A stretch of DNA of 64,000 bases, from NCBI GenBank assembly GCA_964016885.1, contig OZ024762.1:18910001-18974000 (forward strand), written 5' to 3'. The translations under genes were made by a program, and so were the position numbers. Every line of letters starts with the position of its first letter. Position 1 is the first letter of the stretch. Positions 1 through 13,898 of this stretch are shown here, piece after piece. The stretch is from Eledone cirrhosa (lineage: Eukaryota). The notes under the pieces are model-generated. The model worked only from the letters and a program-made list of their open reading frames with translations. It had not been told where the DNA came from and made no database searches.

Positions 1-294
1 AGTCAACGGCTATCTAAAAAAAAAAAAATCCTGCTAAATATATATATAAATATATTCAACATATATATACAATATATATATAAATATATATATTTATATA
101 TATATTGTTATATTTGTGGATGGTCATCTTGACAATATTGCCAATAGAAAGAAACACGCCTACCATATAATTTTCACTTTTTCTTTATCTTTTTTGTTCG
201 TCATTCATTCGTTTGATAAACTTCTTTCGTCGCACAATCTGTGACCTCCTCAATGACTACCTGTATTGCGCTTCATCTTTTTTATGGTCAAATA

Positions 295-365
<71 letters not shown>

Positions 366-374
366 TAGAAAGTG

Positions 375-566
375 GTTAAGGGCGGTGAATTGGTAGTATC
401 GGTAGAGGGTTGGACGCCATGCTTTCTAGCATAGTTACGTCCCTTTACAGTCTGAGTTCAAATCCCGCCGAGGTTAACTTTGCCTTTCATCCTTACGGGG
501 TCGATAAAATAAAGTACCAGTAATGTACTGGGTAATTGCTGGCCTTGTGCCAAATGTAGAAACAAT
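375..566 (+). mobile_element. tRNA-derived SINE, dominant family, full copy with target-site duplication
   Basis: A-box-like tggtagtatcgg and B-box gagttcaaatcc; conserved core gcctttcatccttacggggtcgataaaataaagtaccag; tail ggccttgtgcc...gtagaaac. Flanked on both sides by atatatatattagaaagtg. Confidence 0.9.
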
Positions 567-713
567 ATATATATATTAGAAAGTGAGGTTTTTTTTACAA
601 ATTGAAAAATAACCGAGGTGTCCTACACGAGTGAAAGTATAAAGAAAAAGAGATGAAATCGAAAACGCAACTGGAGTCTTATTTTTTTAAAAAATATATA
701 TATTTATTTGGTT

Positions 714-751
714 CCTTTACCGGTTTCGCAGTTCTTCTGCTTTTCAAAAGG
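714..751 (-). ncRNA. Degenerate minimal hammerhead-like motif (PLE pseudo-LTR remnant)
   Basis: Minus strand reads CCTT-TTGAAAA-GCAG aagaa CTGC-GAAACCGGTA-AAGG: helix I CCTT/AAGG, helix II GCAG/CTGC, palindromic helix III ACCGGT. The core is TTGAAAA rather than CTGANGA. Confidence 0.45.
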
Positions 752-1083
752 TGAGTTGAGATGGAGGGTTTGTGGTTTTTCTCACATATAATTTCTCACA
801 TATAATTTCCGATCTTCAGTCTTCCGTTCTGGGTATGGATGTCCAATGATATCACAAAAATCATAGGAAATCCCAGTTTTATGTATATAGGATGGTAGCT
901 ACGATACTCAGAATATATCGAAACCACTGGGACAATTATCAAAGCAGCTGCTTGGAATTAGACAGGACAGAGGTGCAATGAAGCGGCAAATTAGATTTCG
1001 CCAACTGTCGAAAAACAAACAGGAAGGAACGTGATCTTTAAATTAATCAGACAATTAGGAGCAGAGAAACAAGAAAATATAAT

Positions 1084-2041
1084 GAATTAGCAGTATCGGT
1101 AGAGCGTCGGACGCCATGCTTTTTAAGGCAGTGGATTGGCAGTATCGGTAGAGGGTCGGACGCCATGCTTTGACGCATAGAGTTACGGCCCTTGCCATTC
1201 TGAGTTCAAATCCCGCCGAGGTTAACTTTGCCTTTCATCCTTACGGGGTCGATAAAATGAAGTACCAGTAATACACTGGGTAATTGCTGGCCTTGTGCCT
1301 AACGTAGAAACAATTAAGGGCGGTGGATTGGCAGTATCGGTAGAGGGTCGGACGACGCCATGCTTTCAAGCATAGTTACGTCCCTTTACGATCTGAGTTC
1401 AAATCCCGCCGAGGTTGACTTTGCCTTTCATCCTTACGGGGTCGATAAAATAAAGTACCAGTAATGCACTGGGTAATTGCTGGCCTTGTGCCTAAAGTAG
1501 AAACAAGTATCGGTAGAGCGTCAGACACTCTGCTTCGCGGCATAAAGTTACGGCTCTTTACGTTCTGATGAAATCCCACCGAGGTTAGCTTTGCCTTTCA
1601 TCCTTACTGGGTTTATAAAATAAAGTACCAGTGATACACTGGGATAATTGCTGACCTTGTACCAAAACTAGAACCAATTATTATACAGTAGGACGGGGCA
1701 TCGGCTCTTTACGTTCTCAGTTCGAATCTCGCCGAGGTTAGCTTCGCCTTTCATCCTAACGGGGTCGATAAAATAAAGTACCAGTCACGCACTGGGGTCG
1801 ATTTAATCGACTTTCCCCTCCCCCAAATTATTGGCCTTGTGCCTAAATAAGAAACCATTATTATACAGTAAGATGGGGGATCGGTTCTTTACGTTCTGGG
1901 TTCAAATCCCACCGAGGTTAGCTTTGCCTTTCATCCTTACTGGGTTTATAAAATAAAGTACCAGTAATACACTGAGGTCGATTTAATCGACTTTACCCTC
2001 CCTAAAATTGCTGGCCTTGTGCCTAAAGTAGAAACCATTAT
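1084..2041 (+). mobile_element. Head-to-tail cluster of about 6 SINE copies (two subfamilies)
   Basis: SINE core repeated near 1225, 1420, 1590, 1745 and 1925, plus a partial head at 1084. The last two copies carry an extra g(g/a)ggtcgatttaatcgactt segment. Confidence 0.9.
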
Positions 2042-2766
2042 CTCAGACGTGCTGAAAATTAAAGGAAGGAAACTGTCTCATATAAAGGAGTCAGTTATTA
2101 AGCCGGGGCAAGGACGAGACATGAAGAGAGAACATGCGGTCTCATGGTTAGAAAGACGTAGCGTATTTCGTCGATGGTCAGTAAATGGGGGGAGTTATAG
2201 ATGAAGCATGGGTGAGAATTCAGGCGAAAGTATGGAAAGTCAGAGAGAACAGAAATGGTCACTGTGATAGATATAAAAACAAAAACACTTTTATCTTTTC
2301 CACTTTGACTATTTGTATTCTCCCTGATCTTCAATAATTTCGCCTGAATTATCTCCCCCTCTTTACCTATAACGCCCTCTTCTTTCACTGACCACCGTTG
2401 TGTTATTCAAAAAATTGGATCACTCATGGTTAGAACCTATGGAACTTCGTCGCCATTGCCAGCTAGACAACTATTCTACAATGATGGAATTTCTTTAACG
2501 ATTCCCAACGTACGTATATCTATTATCTGATATTTCAACATACACCATGGCAGTCGAATATCTACGAAATTTAATCAAGAGTAAAACAAGACATGGCGAC
2601 CTCAATTTTGACAATCAGGCAGAAAGCACTTTTCGTTTTATAAATGGCGGTTGCTAAGCAAAATGTTAGAAACAACTCAATAATTTCTGTCAACCGTTTT
2701 CATTCTTGTTTCTGCGAGTTAATGTGTAAATGTGTGCGCATGCCTGAGGGTGACAGACAGACAGAC

Positions 2767-2801
<35 letters not shown>

Positions 2802-2884
2802 GTGTGTAGCCAGAGGAAAGTGTTCAGTCAATGATAGACAAATAAGCGAGCGAAAGTAAACTATAAAAGATAGATAGATAGATA

Positions 2885-2950
2885 GATTTCTTTATTTGCC
2901 ACAGGGGCGTACAAAAATGGGACACTACAACACGTGACGGCGGGGGTTTT
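2885..2950 (-). mobile_element. Tx1-like LINE 3' tail fragment next to (GATA)n
   Basis: Reverse complement gcccctgtggcaaataaagaaatc matches the tail of the Tx1-like copy ending at 26353. Confidence 0.55.
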
Positions 2951-3355
2951 ACATAAACAATCATATAACTTTAGCAATAATAAATAACAATAAACTATAT
3001 TAGATAGATTGAGGTTCTCATATATATATTTTTACCACACCTATCCAATTGCCGTGCAAACACACCGTCTCTAGAAACACGTGCAGTTGTCCTTCAACAT
3101 TTCTAGTACTCTATGTTAGTACACATATGCGATTTCAGATAAAGAATCTTGCTAAACAAATTCAGAAACGAAATATATATATATACTTACATACGTATAT
3201 ATACCTATATACTTATATATATGTGTATACTTACATGCGTATATATATATGAATATATACTTATACATATATACACATTCACACACGCACGCACGCACAC
3301 ACACACACATATATATATATATATACTTACATACGTATATATACATATATACTTA

Positions 3356-3395
<40 letters not shown>

Positions 3396-3617
3396 GTATA
3401 TACATATGGGGGGGGGGCATGTTTCCGTGAGTGGATAACCATCTGTGCGTATGTGTGTGTGTGTGTGTCTGTCTGTGTATGCGTGTGTGTGTTTGTGTGA
3501 GAGTGTTTTCTGAGTGTGTATAAAATGTTCAGACAACGTACTGCCTAACAAGATTTGGTGAATCTTTAGTAAATTCAATTTCTACAGAGATCTTCTCACC
3601 CCAGCAGCGATAACATA

Positions 3618-4053
3618 TTCTTCTTCTCCTTCTTCTTCTCCTTCTTCTTCGCCTTCTTCTTCGCCTTCTTCGCCTTTTTCGCCTTTTTCTTCTTCTTTTT
3701 CTTCTTCTTCTTCGCCTTCTTCGCCTTTTTCGCCTTTTTCTTCTTCTTCTTTTTTTTCTTTTTCTTCGCCTTCTTCGCCTTCTTCGCCTTTTTCTTCTTC
3801 TTTTTCTTCTTTTTCTTCTTCGCCTTCGCCTTCGCCTTCTTCTTCTTCTTCGCCTTCTTCTTCGCCTTCTTCTTCTTCTTCGCCTTCTTCGCCTTCTTCC
3901 TCCTCTTCTTCTTCTTCTTCTTCGCCTTCTTCTTCTTTGCCTTCTTCTTCTTCGCCTTCTTCGCCTTCTTTGCCTTCTTCTTCTTCTTCTTCTTCGCCTT
4001 CTTCTTCGCCTTCTTCTTCGCCTTCGCCTTCTTCTTCTCCTCCTCCTCCTCCA
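3618..4053. repeat. Degenerate (TTC)n/(TTCGCC)n purine-pyrimidine tract
   Basis: cttcttcgcc-type units; gives poly-R, poly-E/G and K/A ORFs in all three minus frames. Confidence 0.9.
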
Positions 4054-4248
4054 CCGCCAGCCCTGCATTCCTCTCCCCTCACCCCCCCCCCTCTTCCTCC
4101 CTGTTGTTATTGTTAATAATATTACTGTCCAGTGTAATCTGGAGGCTTCTTCTATCGGGAATGGATTTCGTACAGTAAATAATTTGATTTCGTTTGATTA
4201 TTTACAAAATATTCACACACACACAGAAACACACACGTAGCGCGTATG

Positions 4249-4289
<41 letters not shown>

Positions 4290-4827
4290 CTGTATGTGTG
4301 CGTGTGTGTGTATGAATATATGCATAGACGTGTGCCTGTCTGTCATGAGTACGTAGAGAACATTTCCTCGATGGACTCACGGATATATATATATATATAT
4401 ATATATGTATGATAATTATGTATATATATATATATATATATATGTGTGATAATTATACATATATAGATGTGTGTGTGTGTGTGTACGCATATATAATGTG
4501 TACATATTTAAATGTCCGAGAGTTGGCAGCGAGAGAATTTTCAATTAATATTATTTACAATGATATATAGATATATATATATATATTTGAGTGTGTATGT
4601 GTGTGTGTGTGTGTGTGTATACACACACACATATTTGTGTATATAGATATAAGACAAGAGCGCATGCGTGACTGCATTTCACTTCTAACACTGATAACAT
4701 GTGAACAACCTCGGCTTTATCTAGCGCTCTTTCCATTTCAATTCATGCTTGTCTTCAATAACTCTGAGTGTTGAGGATGGTGCACTGCTGTTTCTCTCTA
4801 CCCCACCCCTTCAAAGGTTGTTGGTAT

Positions 4828-4859
<32 letters not shown>

Positions 4860-5004
4860 CATATATATTTACATATCTATATATATTTACATATCTATAT
4901 ATATATGCGCATATATATACATACACACGCACATATATATATATATATTTGTATGTACGTATATATATATATATATACATATATATATGTGTGTGTTTGT
5001 GTGC

Positions 5005-5045
<41 letters not shown>

Positions 5046-5231
5046 TATATGTGTGTTTGTGTGTGTGCGTGTATATATATATATATACATATATATATGT
5101 ATATATATATATATATATATATAAATATATATAGATATATACATATCTATATATATTTACATATCTATGCGCATATATACACATACACACGCACATATAT
5201 ATATATATATATATATGTATTTGTATGTACG

Positions 5232-5274
<43 letters not shown>

Positions 5275-5286
5275 ATATAATAATAA

Positions 5287-5450
5287 TCGTTTCTACTTTA
5301 GGCACAAGGCCAGCTATTACCCCAGTGTATTACCGGTACTTTATTTTATCGACCCCATAAGGATGAAAGGCAAAGTTAACCTCGGTGGGATTTGAATTCA
5401 GAATGGCAAGGGCCGTAACTCAATGCGTCAAAGCATGGCGTCTGACCCTA
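5287..5450 (-). mobile_element. tRNA-derived SINE copy
   Basis: Reverse complement of the SINE tail, core and B-box, between (ATA)n tracts. Confidence 0.88.
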
Positions 5451-5489
5451 TAATAATAATAATAATAATACAAGGGTGATTTGTTTTGC

Positions 5490-5625
5490 CTTCATTACGT
5501 TTAATGATTGGTGACGCGTGTTTCGCTATTGATTAGCTCAAGTTCAGAACTGTATCGATCTGCCCCGACTCTGGACTCAAAAGCTCATCGGGCCCCTGCT
5601 GTTGTAATGACAGAATGAACACTCT
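5490..5625 (-). mobile_element. PLE-like terminal fragment with hammerhead-like motif (second copy at 21500-21623)
   Basis: Minus strand CTTGA-GCTA atcaa TAGC-GAAACACGCGTC. Shares ttcattacgttt...gtgacgcg.gtttcgcta and downstream sequence with 21500-21623. Confidence 0.45.
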
Positions 5626-5627
5626 CT

Positions 5628-5685
<58 letters not shown>

Positions 5686-6488
5686 CAGCGAGAATCGTAT
5701 TTCGGCTGGTAGAAAAGACGAAACGTAAAATCGTAGAAATGGTGGCAAGCGCTCAATAGTTAAAAAAACTAGAGCTAAACAATATGTTAAAACGCCATAC
5801 AAACTGAAAAAGTGGTCAAGAAGGCATTAACCACCTAAACCAAAAAACAAATCAAGCTAAACACGTCAAACAAAATAAATGATAAAAACCTGAACCCAAA
5901 TGGAATTGGTGGTAAAATCCAAATGCAGGGTTTCTATGACACCTAAATCAATAATACTGTCTGCTTAAAACTATAAGCTTTCAGCATAAAGATCGAACAA
6001 GGAATTACACGTTATCAACAGGTAATTCTGCTCTGTAACCAACCTTGCGAGTGGCGCAGAGCTTAGTAAACGCACATGCGTAAGTCACAAGGGGAAGTTT
6101 CCCATATTTTGGCAAATGAATTCAGTATGTGTATATCATACAAAAAATTGGATAGATAGCACAAATCGAATAAGCACTTAACCGGGTAGTTTTTAAAGTA
6201 AACTTATGCAATTAATCTGTCAATAGAATTATTAACAGGTTAATTGTAAGACTCGGGAGATTAATATATATATATACATACATACAAAAATGCAGGTAAA
6301 GAGGAGAGGCTGTGTGATTACTGAAAACGAAGTGTTACAAGGTAATCTGGACGTAAACAAGAGAAGAAAAGTTTACCTTCGTCAGCTGTTACTACGGATC
6401 TTAGATGATTTGGCGCTTAAAATAGAACATCGATCCGTAGCGCGCCCATGGCCTTTTATTATCCATCAAAAGGGCATGACGGAAAGAA

Positions 6489-6548
<60 letters not shown>

Positions 6549-6801
6549 ATTGGAGAAATCTAAAGGCGATACATATATATATATATATAGTCTAGAAACT
6601 GCACATTTCGGCAATTTCTTTGACACACACTTTTCGAGAGGTCAGACATCCCACACACTCCAAATACTCTACACACCCATCACGTATACAACGTGCGTAA
6701 TACAGACACAACAAAATAAAGGAGTTTACGCCATATTACTTTAATTTTCTGAATTTGTTTAGCAAGATTCTTTATCTGAAAACGTGTGTTGAAACCGATA
6801 T

Positions 6802-7048
6802 TGTTATACTTTGGGAGGGTCATGTTGCCAATAAGAATCCCCCCAGTCTCTGAAGAGGTCACAGAATGTGTGGCGAAAGAACTTTGACAATATATGAACA
6901 ACCGTCCGGTTGTGGAACCAACCAACCAACCAACCAACCGGAAATTTATAAATTCTTAAATTTATAAATTTAAATTATAATAAATTAGAGTGAAAGCAAC
7001 TGGTGCGTGTGTTTCTTATTGGCAATATGACCCTCCCAAAGTATAACA
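6802..7048. mobile_element. 247-bp element with 36-bp terminal inverted repeats
   Basis: tgttatactttgggagggtcatgttgccaataagaa (6802-6837) is the inverse of ttcttattggcaatatgaccctcccaaagtataaca (7013-7048) with 1 mismatch. A related arm lies near 21737. Confidence 0.75.
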
Positions 7049-7185
7049 TTACTTTAATTTTCTTTTCTTTTTTCGAAGTCTTCCATTTTAGAGTGCATTT
7101 CTATAGCCTGGTTGCCAGATAATGTTACCAAGCTGAAACTTCGAAGTCACTTACGTGTAGTCAGTGTGCAGTTGCCGGGTGGCAT

Positions 7186-7945
7186 GTGTGTAATATGTGA
7201 ATGTATGTGTATGTATATATTTGTGTGCGTGCATATGTAGTGTGTTTGTGTGGTTAGGCGTGTGTAATATGTGAATGTATGTGTATGTATATATTTGTGT
7301 GCGTGTATATGTAGTGTGTTTGTGTGGTTAGGCGTGTGTAGTATGTGTATGTATGTGTATGTATGTATTTGTGTGCGTGTATATGTAGTGTGTTTGTGTG
7401 GTTAGGCGTGTGTAGTATGTGTATGTATGTGTATATTTGTGTGCGTGTATATGTAGTGTGTTTGTGTGATTAGGCGTGTGTAGTATGTGTATGTGTGTGT
7501 ATGTATATATTTGTGTGCGTGTATATGTAGTGTGTTTGTGTGGTTAGGCGTGTGTAATATGTGAATGTATGTGTATGTATATATTTGTGTGCGTGTATAT
7601 GTAGTGTGTTTGTGTGGTTAGGCGTGTGTAGTATGTGTATGTATGTGTATGTATATATTTGTGTGCGTGTATATGTAGTGTGTTTGTGTGGTTAGGCGTG
7701 TGTAGTATGTGTATGTATGTGTATATTTGTGTGCGTGTATATGTAGTGTGTTTGTGTGATTAGGCGTGTGTAGTATGTGTATGTATGTGTATGTATATAT
7801 TTGTGTGCGTGTATATGTAGTGTGTTTGTGTGGTTAGGCGCGTGTAGTATGTGTATGTATTTGTGTGCGTGTATGTGTGTGGTTAGATGTGTGTAGTATG
7901 TGTGTATGTATATGTAGTGTGTTTGTGTGTATGTAGACGTGTGTA
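7186..7945. repeat. Compound minisatellite, roughly 60-70 bp GT-rich unit
   Basis: tttgtgtgcgtgtatatgtagtgtgtttgtgtggttaggcgtgtgtagtatgtg repeated about 11 times. Confidence 0.85.
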
Positions 7946-8862
7946 GTATGTGTACGTATGTATGTATGTCTGTATGTAAGTATGTAAGCATATATGTACG
8001 TATGATGTATGTCTGTATGTATGTATGTATGTATGTATGAATGAATTAGTGTGTGCATATAAGTATGTATTCTTTAATAAAATGAATACGTTTATATATG
8101 CAGTATATATGTAGATATAAACCCTGCGAATGTATGTATGTATGTATGTAAGTATGTAAGTATATATGTACGTATGATGTATGTATGTATGTAAGTATGT
8201 AAGTATATATGTACGTATGATGTATGTATGTATGTAAGTATGTAAGTATTTATGTACGTATGATGTATGTATGTATGTAAGTATGTAAGTATTTATGTAC
8301 GTATGATGTATGTATGTATGTATGTATGTATGAATTAGTGTGTGCATATAAGTATGCATTCTTTAATAAAATGAATACGTTTATATATATATATGCAGAT
8401 ATAAACCCTGTATATATATTGATAAATACTCATTTAATCTCTGGAATAGTGCAAACATTTGATAGAGCAAACACTTGAAGAGATGGAAGGAAACTTAAGG
8501 ATTTGTCAAAGTCGTACATTCCTGAAACGTATTACAGTATTACGTGACGTGAATAGTTACAACTACAAATCGATCAGAAAGTAATCTAACTTAGGGACAA
8601 TACTTTATTATTATCATTGTTATTATTGTTGTTATTGCTGTTCTTATTACATCTTCATAGACATATGTATGTTTGTATGTATGTATGTGTATGTATGTAT
8701 GTATAGATATATGTATGTATGTATGTATTATGTATGTATGTATATATATGTGTATATATATATGTGTATGTATGTATGTATGTATATATATGTATGTGTA
8801 TATATGTGTATATATGTATATATATATGTGTATATATATGTGTATATATGTATATATATGTG

Positions 8863-8893
<31 letters not shown>

Positions 8894-9431
8894 GTGTATA
8901 TATGTATATATATATGTATATCTATGTATCTATATATATATATGTGTATATATGTATATATATATGTATATCTATGTATGTATATATATATATATGTATA
9001 TATGTATGTATATATACATATGGATATATATATATATGTGTATAAATATGTATAAATATATACATATATATAATGTATGTGTATATATGTATATATATAT
9101 GTATATCTATGTATCTATATATATGTATATATGTATGTATATATACATATGGATATATATATATATGTGTATAAATATGTATAAATATATACATATATAT
9201 AATGTATGTATATATATGTATATACATGTGTGTGTATATATATATAAATATACATATATATACTTATCTATATGTATCTAGACACACACACAGACACACA
9301 CACATATATATATATATATATCACTTATATATATATATTTATTTCAAATCAATGCAAAATATTAGCATTCTAATTTTCGAAACACTTTCGAAATACTTGT
9401 GTGTATCTCAAGTAGTTTTATATATTCATAT

Positions 9432-9490
<59 letters not shown>

Positions 9491-9868
9491 TGGTCATGAA
9501 ATTAACGTGAAAGTGGTTGACCATTCTCCATACATGTGCAATCTTACCGTAATTCTCATTCTCAGGGAGATTCAGTATGACTCAACGGGTGACAAAACTG
9601 GCCCCTTAAGTTACAGCTAGCTTAAGTTACAGCTATATCGCCTTGCAGTTCTCTATTGGTTCTCATATTTCGAAATAAAATCCCTTCTTCATATGGTTAA
9701 AAGCAGAAACTATTTCGTAGCTATATAAACACCTTCGCACGAGCATGTCCATGCTGACAACTTTATCATATTTCTAACTTTTAATGTCCCATTCTCATTG
9801 TAGCTGCTTTCTTATAAACCTAATCTTCTGCGTTTCTACACAACACTTCAAGCAAACGACAGTCCCCT

Positions 9869-9915
<47 letters not shown>

Positions 9916-9978
9916 TATATATACATATATATATATATACACACATATATATACATATATATATATATATACACACAC

Positions 9979-10009
<31 letters not shown>

Positions 10010-10019
10010 CACACATATA

Positions 10020-10078
<59 letters not shown>

Positions 10079-10214
10079 TCTCTTTTTTCTCTTCTTTCAT
10101 CTACTTTTCTCGCTCTCCCCATCTCTCTCTTTCTCTCCCTGCATCTCCCCCTCTCTCTCTCCTTGCATCTCTCTCTCTCTTTATATATATATATATATAA
10201 TGTTTTATCTGTAT

Positions 10215-10460
10215 ATATACATATAAACACAACAATATACATACGTATATATAATATAAATAAACACAACAATATACATACGTATATATAATATAAATAA
10301 ACACAACAATATGCATACCTATATATAATATAAATAAACACAACAATATGCATACCTATATATAATATAAATAAACACAACAATATACATACGTATATAT
10401 ACTATAAATAAACACAACAATATACATATGTATATATAATATAAATAAACACAACAATAT
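10215..10460. repeat. Minisatellite of about 39 bp, ~6 copies
   Basis: ataaataaacacaacaatat(a/g)catac(g/c)tatatataat repeated. Confidence 0.85.
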
Positions 10461-10890
10461 CGGTGGTGTGTAAATTAAAAAGAAGAGAAATGATTGGTTT
10501 TCATCTTACTGGTAAGGTAATAAAAAATAAACAAATAAATCCACAAGATATATTATAACAAAAAGAAAAGAACAAGAAAAATGTAAAAAAGTGTAAAAAA
10601 AAAAAAAAAAGGCCATTGTTCTTTTAGTGTATTCTCCAGGTTTATGTCTATCAGGTTTGGTACAGATTCAAAGTCGGTTATTATCGCTTTTCATTTGCTT
10701 GCCTCAAAACGAATTTGTGTAGTGTTTTTCTTGTATTTTTACCTCCGCCATTTGCTTTTCTATTTTACCTCAGCCATTTTTTTTTTTCCATTACACATAT
10801 TAAGTCCTGCTAGGGTGAATATTGGCTTGACTTACCGGGAAGAGAGAAACTGATGTGTAAATTTTAATCACACAAGGTTTTTTTTTCCTT

Positions 10891-10939
<49 letters not shown>

Positions 10940-11365
10940 CAAGGAAATAGATAGATAGAGATTTGATAGGTGGATATATAGATAGGTAGGCAGGTAGATA
11001 GAGATAGATAGTTTTGATAGATAGATTGGTAGATAGAGAGATGGATAAATATATAGATAGGTAGATAGAAGATAGATAGATTTGGCAAATAGATAGATGT
11101 AGAAAAATAGATAGATTTGGTAGGTATGTAGGTAGGCAGAAAGATAGATTTGGTAGATAGATAGATGGATAGATAGATAGATATCTTTCTTTATTTGAGA
11201 GAGAGAGAGAAGGAGAGAGAGAGATTTGGCAGTTGGATAGATATAGAAAAATAGAGAGATTTGATAGGTAGGTACGTAGATGGATAGATATATAGTTAGA
11301 TAGATATATAGTTAGATACATAGATAGATAGATACATAGATAGATAGATAGATTTGGTAGGTAAG

Positions 11366-11398
<33 letters not shown>

Positions 11399-11601
11399 TG
11401 ATTCTTGGGTGTTCACCACAGATATTGGCTGAGTGCAAAGTTTAAATAAATAAAGGGAAGGTGGCGCTAGTGTTAATGGTGGTGGTGGTGGTGATGATGA
11501 TGATGGCGGTAGCGTGAGTGACAGTACTGATGATGGTGGCGGTAGTGATGATGATGGGGGGGGGGTGACGGTAGTGATGAGGATGGTGGTGGCGTTAGTG
11601 A

Positions 11602-11632
<31 letters not shown>

Positions 11633-12041
11633 AGTATTAATGATGGTGGTGGTGGTGGCGGTAGTATTAATGGTGATGATGATGATGATAGCGATACTTA
11701 AAATGTTTTGTTTTACTGTGTTGTGCAAGATTCTGGTCAGTTCTTCTAAAAGAAAATTCAGGTACGATGGCAGCGAACCAAACGAACATGTAGGTGGAAC
11801 GTAGACACACACACACACACATAGACCAACACACGGACACATACATACACACACACAGACACATATATATAAACACATACACACACAGAGACACACACAC
11901 GGACACATACATACACACAGACACATATATATAAACACACACACACGGACACAGACATACACACACACAGACACAGACATACACACACACAGACACATAT
12001 ATATATATATAAACACACACACACGTGTATATACACACACA

Positions 12042-12083
<42 letters not shown>

Positions 12084-12281
12084 ATCACAAACATACACAC
12101 ATATATAGAGATTCTTTTTGCATAAATAGTGTCTCTCGCCTCTTTCTCTCTCGTCTTTTTGTTTCTTATAAAGTATATTGGATACAATTCTCCGTCTGTC
12201 CTGGCTTCCCAGCTTTATACGGACATTTAAATTGATTATATATATATATATAAGCACTATATATATATATATATATATAAG

Positions 12282-12312
<31 letters not shown>

Positions 12313-12337
12313 AGCACTATATATATATAAACACTAT

Positions 12338-12520
12338 GGTGGAATGGCAGTATCGGTAGAGGATCGGACGCCATGCTTTCCAGCATAGTTACGTCCCTTT
12401 ACGATCTGAGTTCAAATCCCACCGAGGTTGACTTTGCCTTTCATCCTTACGGGGTCGATAAAATAAAGTACCAGTAATGCACTGGGTAATTGCTGGCCTT
12501 GTGCCTAAAGTAGAAACAAC
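12338..12520 (+). mobile_element. tRNA-derived SINE copy
   Basis: Full head, core and tail; flanked by (ta)n-aaacactat on both sides. Confidence 0.9.
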
Positions 12521-12584
12521 TATATATATATATATATATATAAACACTATATATATACATATATATATATATATAAACACTATA

Positions 12585-12615
<31 letters not shown>

Positions 12616-12724
12616 GTATGTATGTATGTATATACACACTATATATTATTGATTATCTATATAGTCAATAAATATAAAAAATACACTGTATATATATATA
12701 TAGATATATAGAATATATGTATAT

Positions 12725-13215
12725 ACTAGCAGTGGTACCCGGCGTTGCACGAGATAAGGTATTTTGGAACGCGGGCCGCCAACAGACCTAATCGTGGAAA
12801 AACTGCATCCCTGGACAATATGTAAAGAAAATAAACCGAATACTCTGATGGCTGGGTAATCAATAATATTTTCCTCGATGTAGCAGGAAAAATGCAGTTT
12901 TCGCCTAATGCGGGCCCTAGGCCATAAAAAAGTTGAAGAGGAGACTGACTAATACATAGTTACAATTTCAAGGAAATCGGTCTGACGTTACGCCTAAAAA
13001 AACCCCATAAAAAGCTTTAAAAACGCAGTTTTTCACTTAATGCGGGCCCTAGGAGAACAAAAACTTGAATGTTTTTATCTGCATAACACTCCCTGAAACA
13101 TAAGTAATACACATGTAAAGTTTGAAAACAATCGGTTGGGTACTTCTCGAGTTTTAGGGATTCAAACTCACATATATACACACACACACACACACTTCTT
13201 TCTTATATGGATTGA
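12725..13215 (+). mobile_element. Helitron/Helentron-like non-autonomous element
   Basis: Begins actagc...cccggcgttgcacgag; ends aaagtttgaaaacaatcggttgggt...(ca)n...tatatggattgat. This layout is typical of microsatellite-bearing Helitron derivatives. Internal repeat gcagttttt...taatgcgggccctagg occurs twice. Confidence 0.55.
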
Positions 13216-13299
13216 TCGACAAGATCCAAGACGTCACTCCCTGGCCGAGTGGGGTGGACCTATTCAAATCGGACCAGTGCTTCTATTAGTCTTTCCCTT

Positions 13300-13435
13300 A
13301 CTGTTACTATCTACCTGTCGCAACTCCTGGTTGAGCAACGTGAAATAAAGTGTCTTGTTAAAAAACACAACGTATCACCCGGTCCGAGAATTGAACTCAC
13401 AACCTCACAATTGCGAATCCAACTCTCTTGCCACA
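13300..13435 (-). mobile_element. Second SINE family, tRNA head fragment (related copy near 47980-48065)
   Basis: Minus strand B-box gagttcaattc followed by gttgtgttttttaacaagacacttt; gagcaacgtgaaat is shared with 47982. Confidence 0.6.
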
Positions 13436-13572
13436 CATATATATAAAATAGTTATCAATCGAAGTTGTAGCCGCAGTAGAACAGATATGAATCGAATTGT
13501 TTGAGGCAGTTACAAAGCACTCAATGATTAATTGAAAATTTCAAAACGTACGCATACACACACTCACACACA

Positions 13573-13651
<79 letters not shown>

Positions 13652-13666
13652 ATATATATTTCTATA

Positions 13667-13714
<48 letters not shown>

Positions 13715-13731
13715 TTATATATATTTCTATA

Positions 13732-13859
<128 letters not shown>

Positions 13860-13864
13860 ATATT

Positions 13865-13898
<34 letters not shown>

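Noticed and set aside
1565-1575. ctgatgaaa as a hammerhead core
   Set aside because: It is a mutated SINE B-box region with no helix II.
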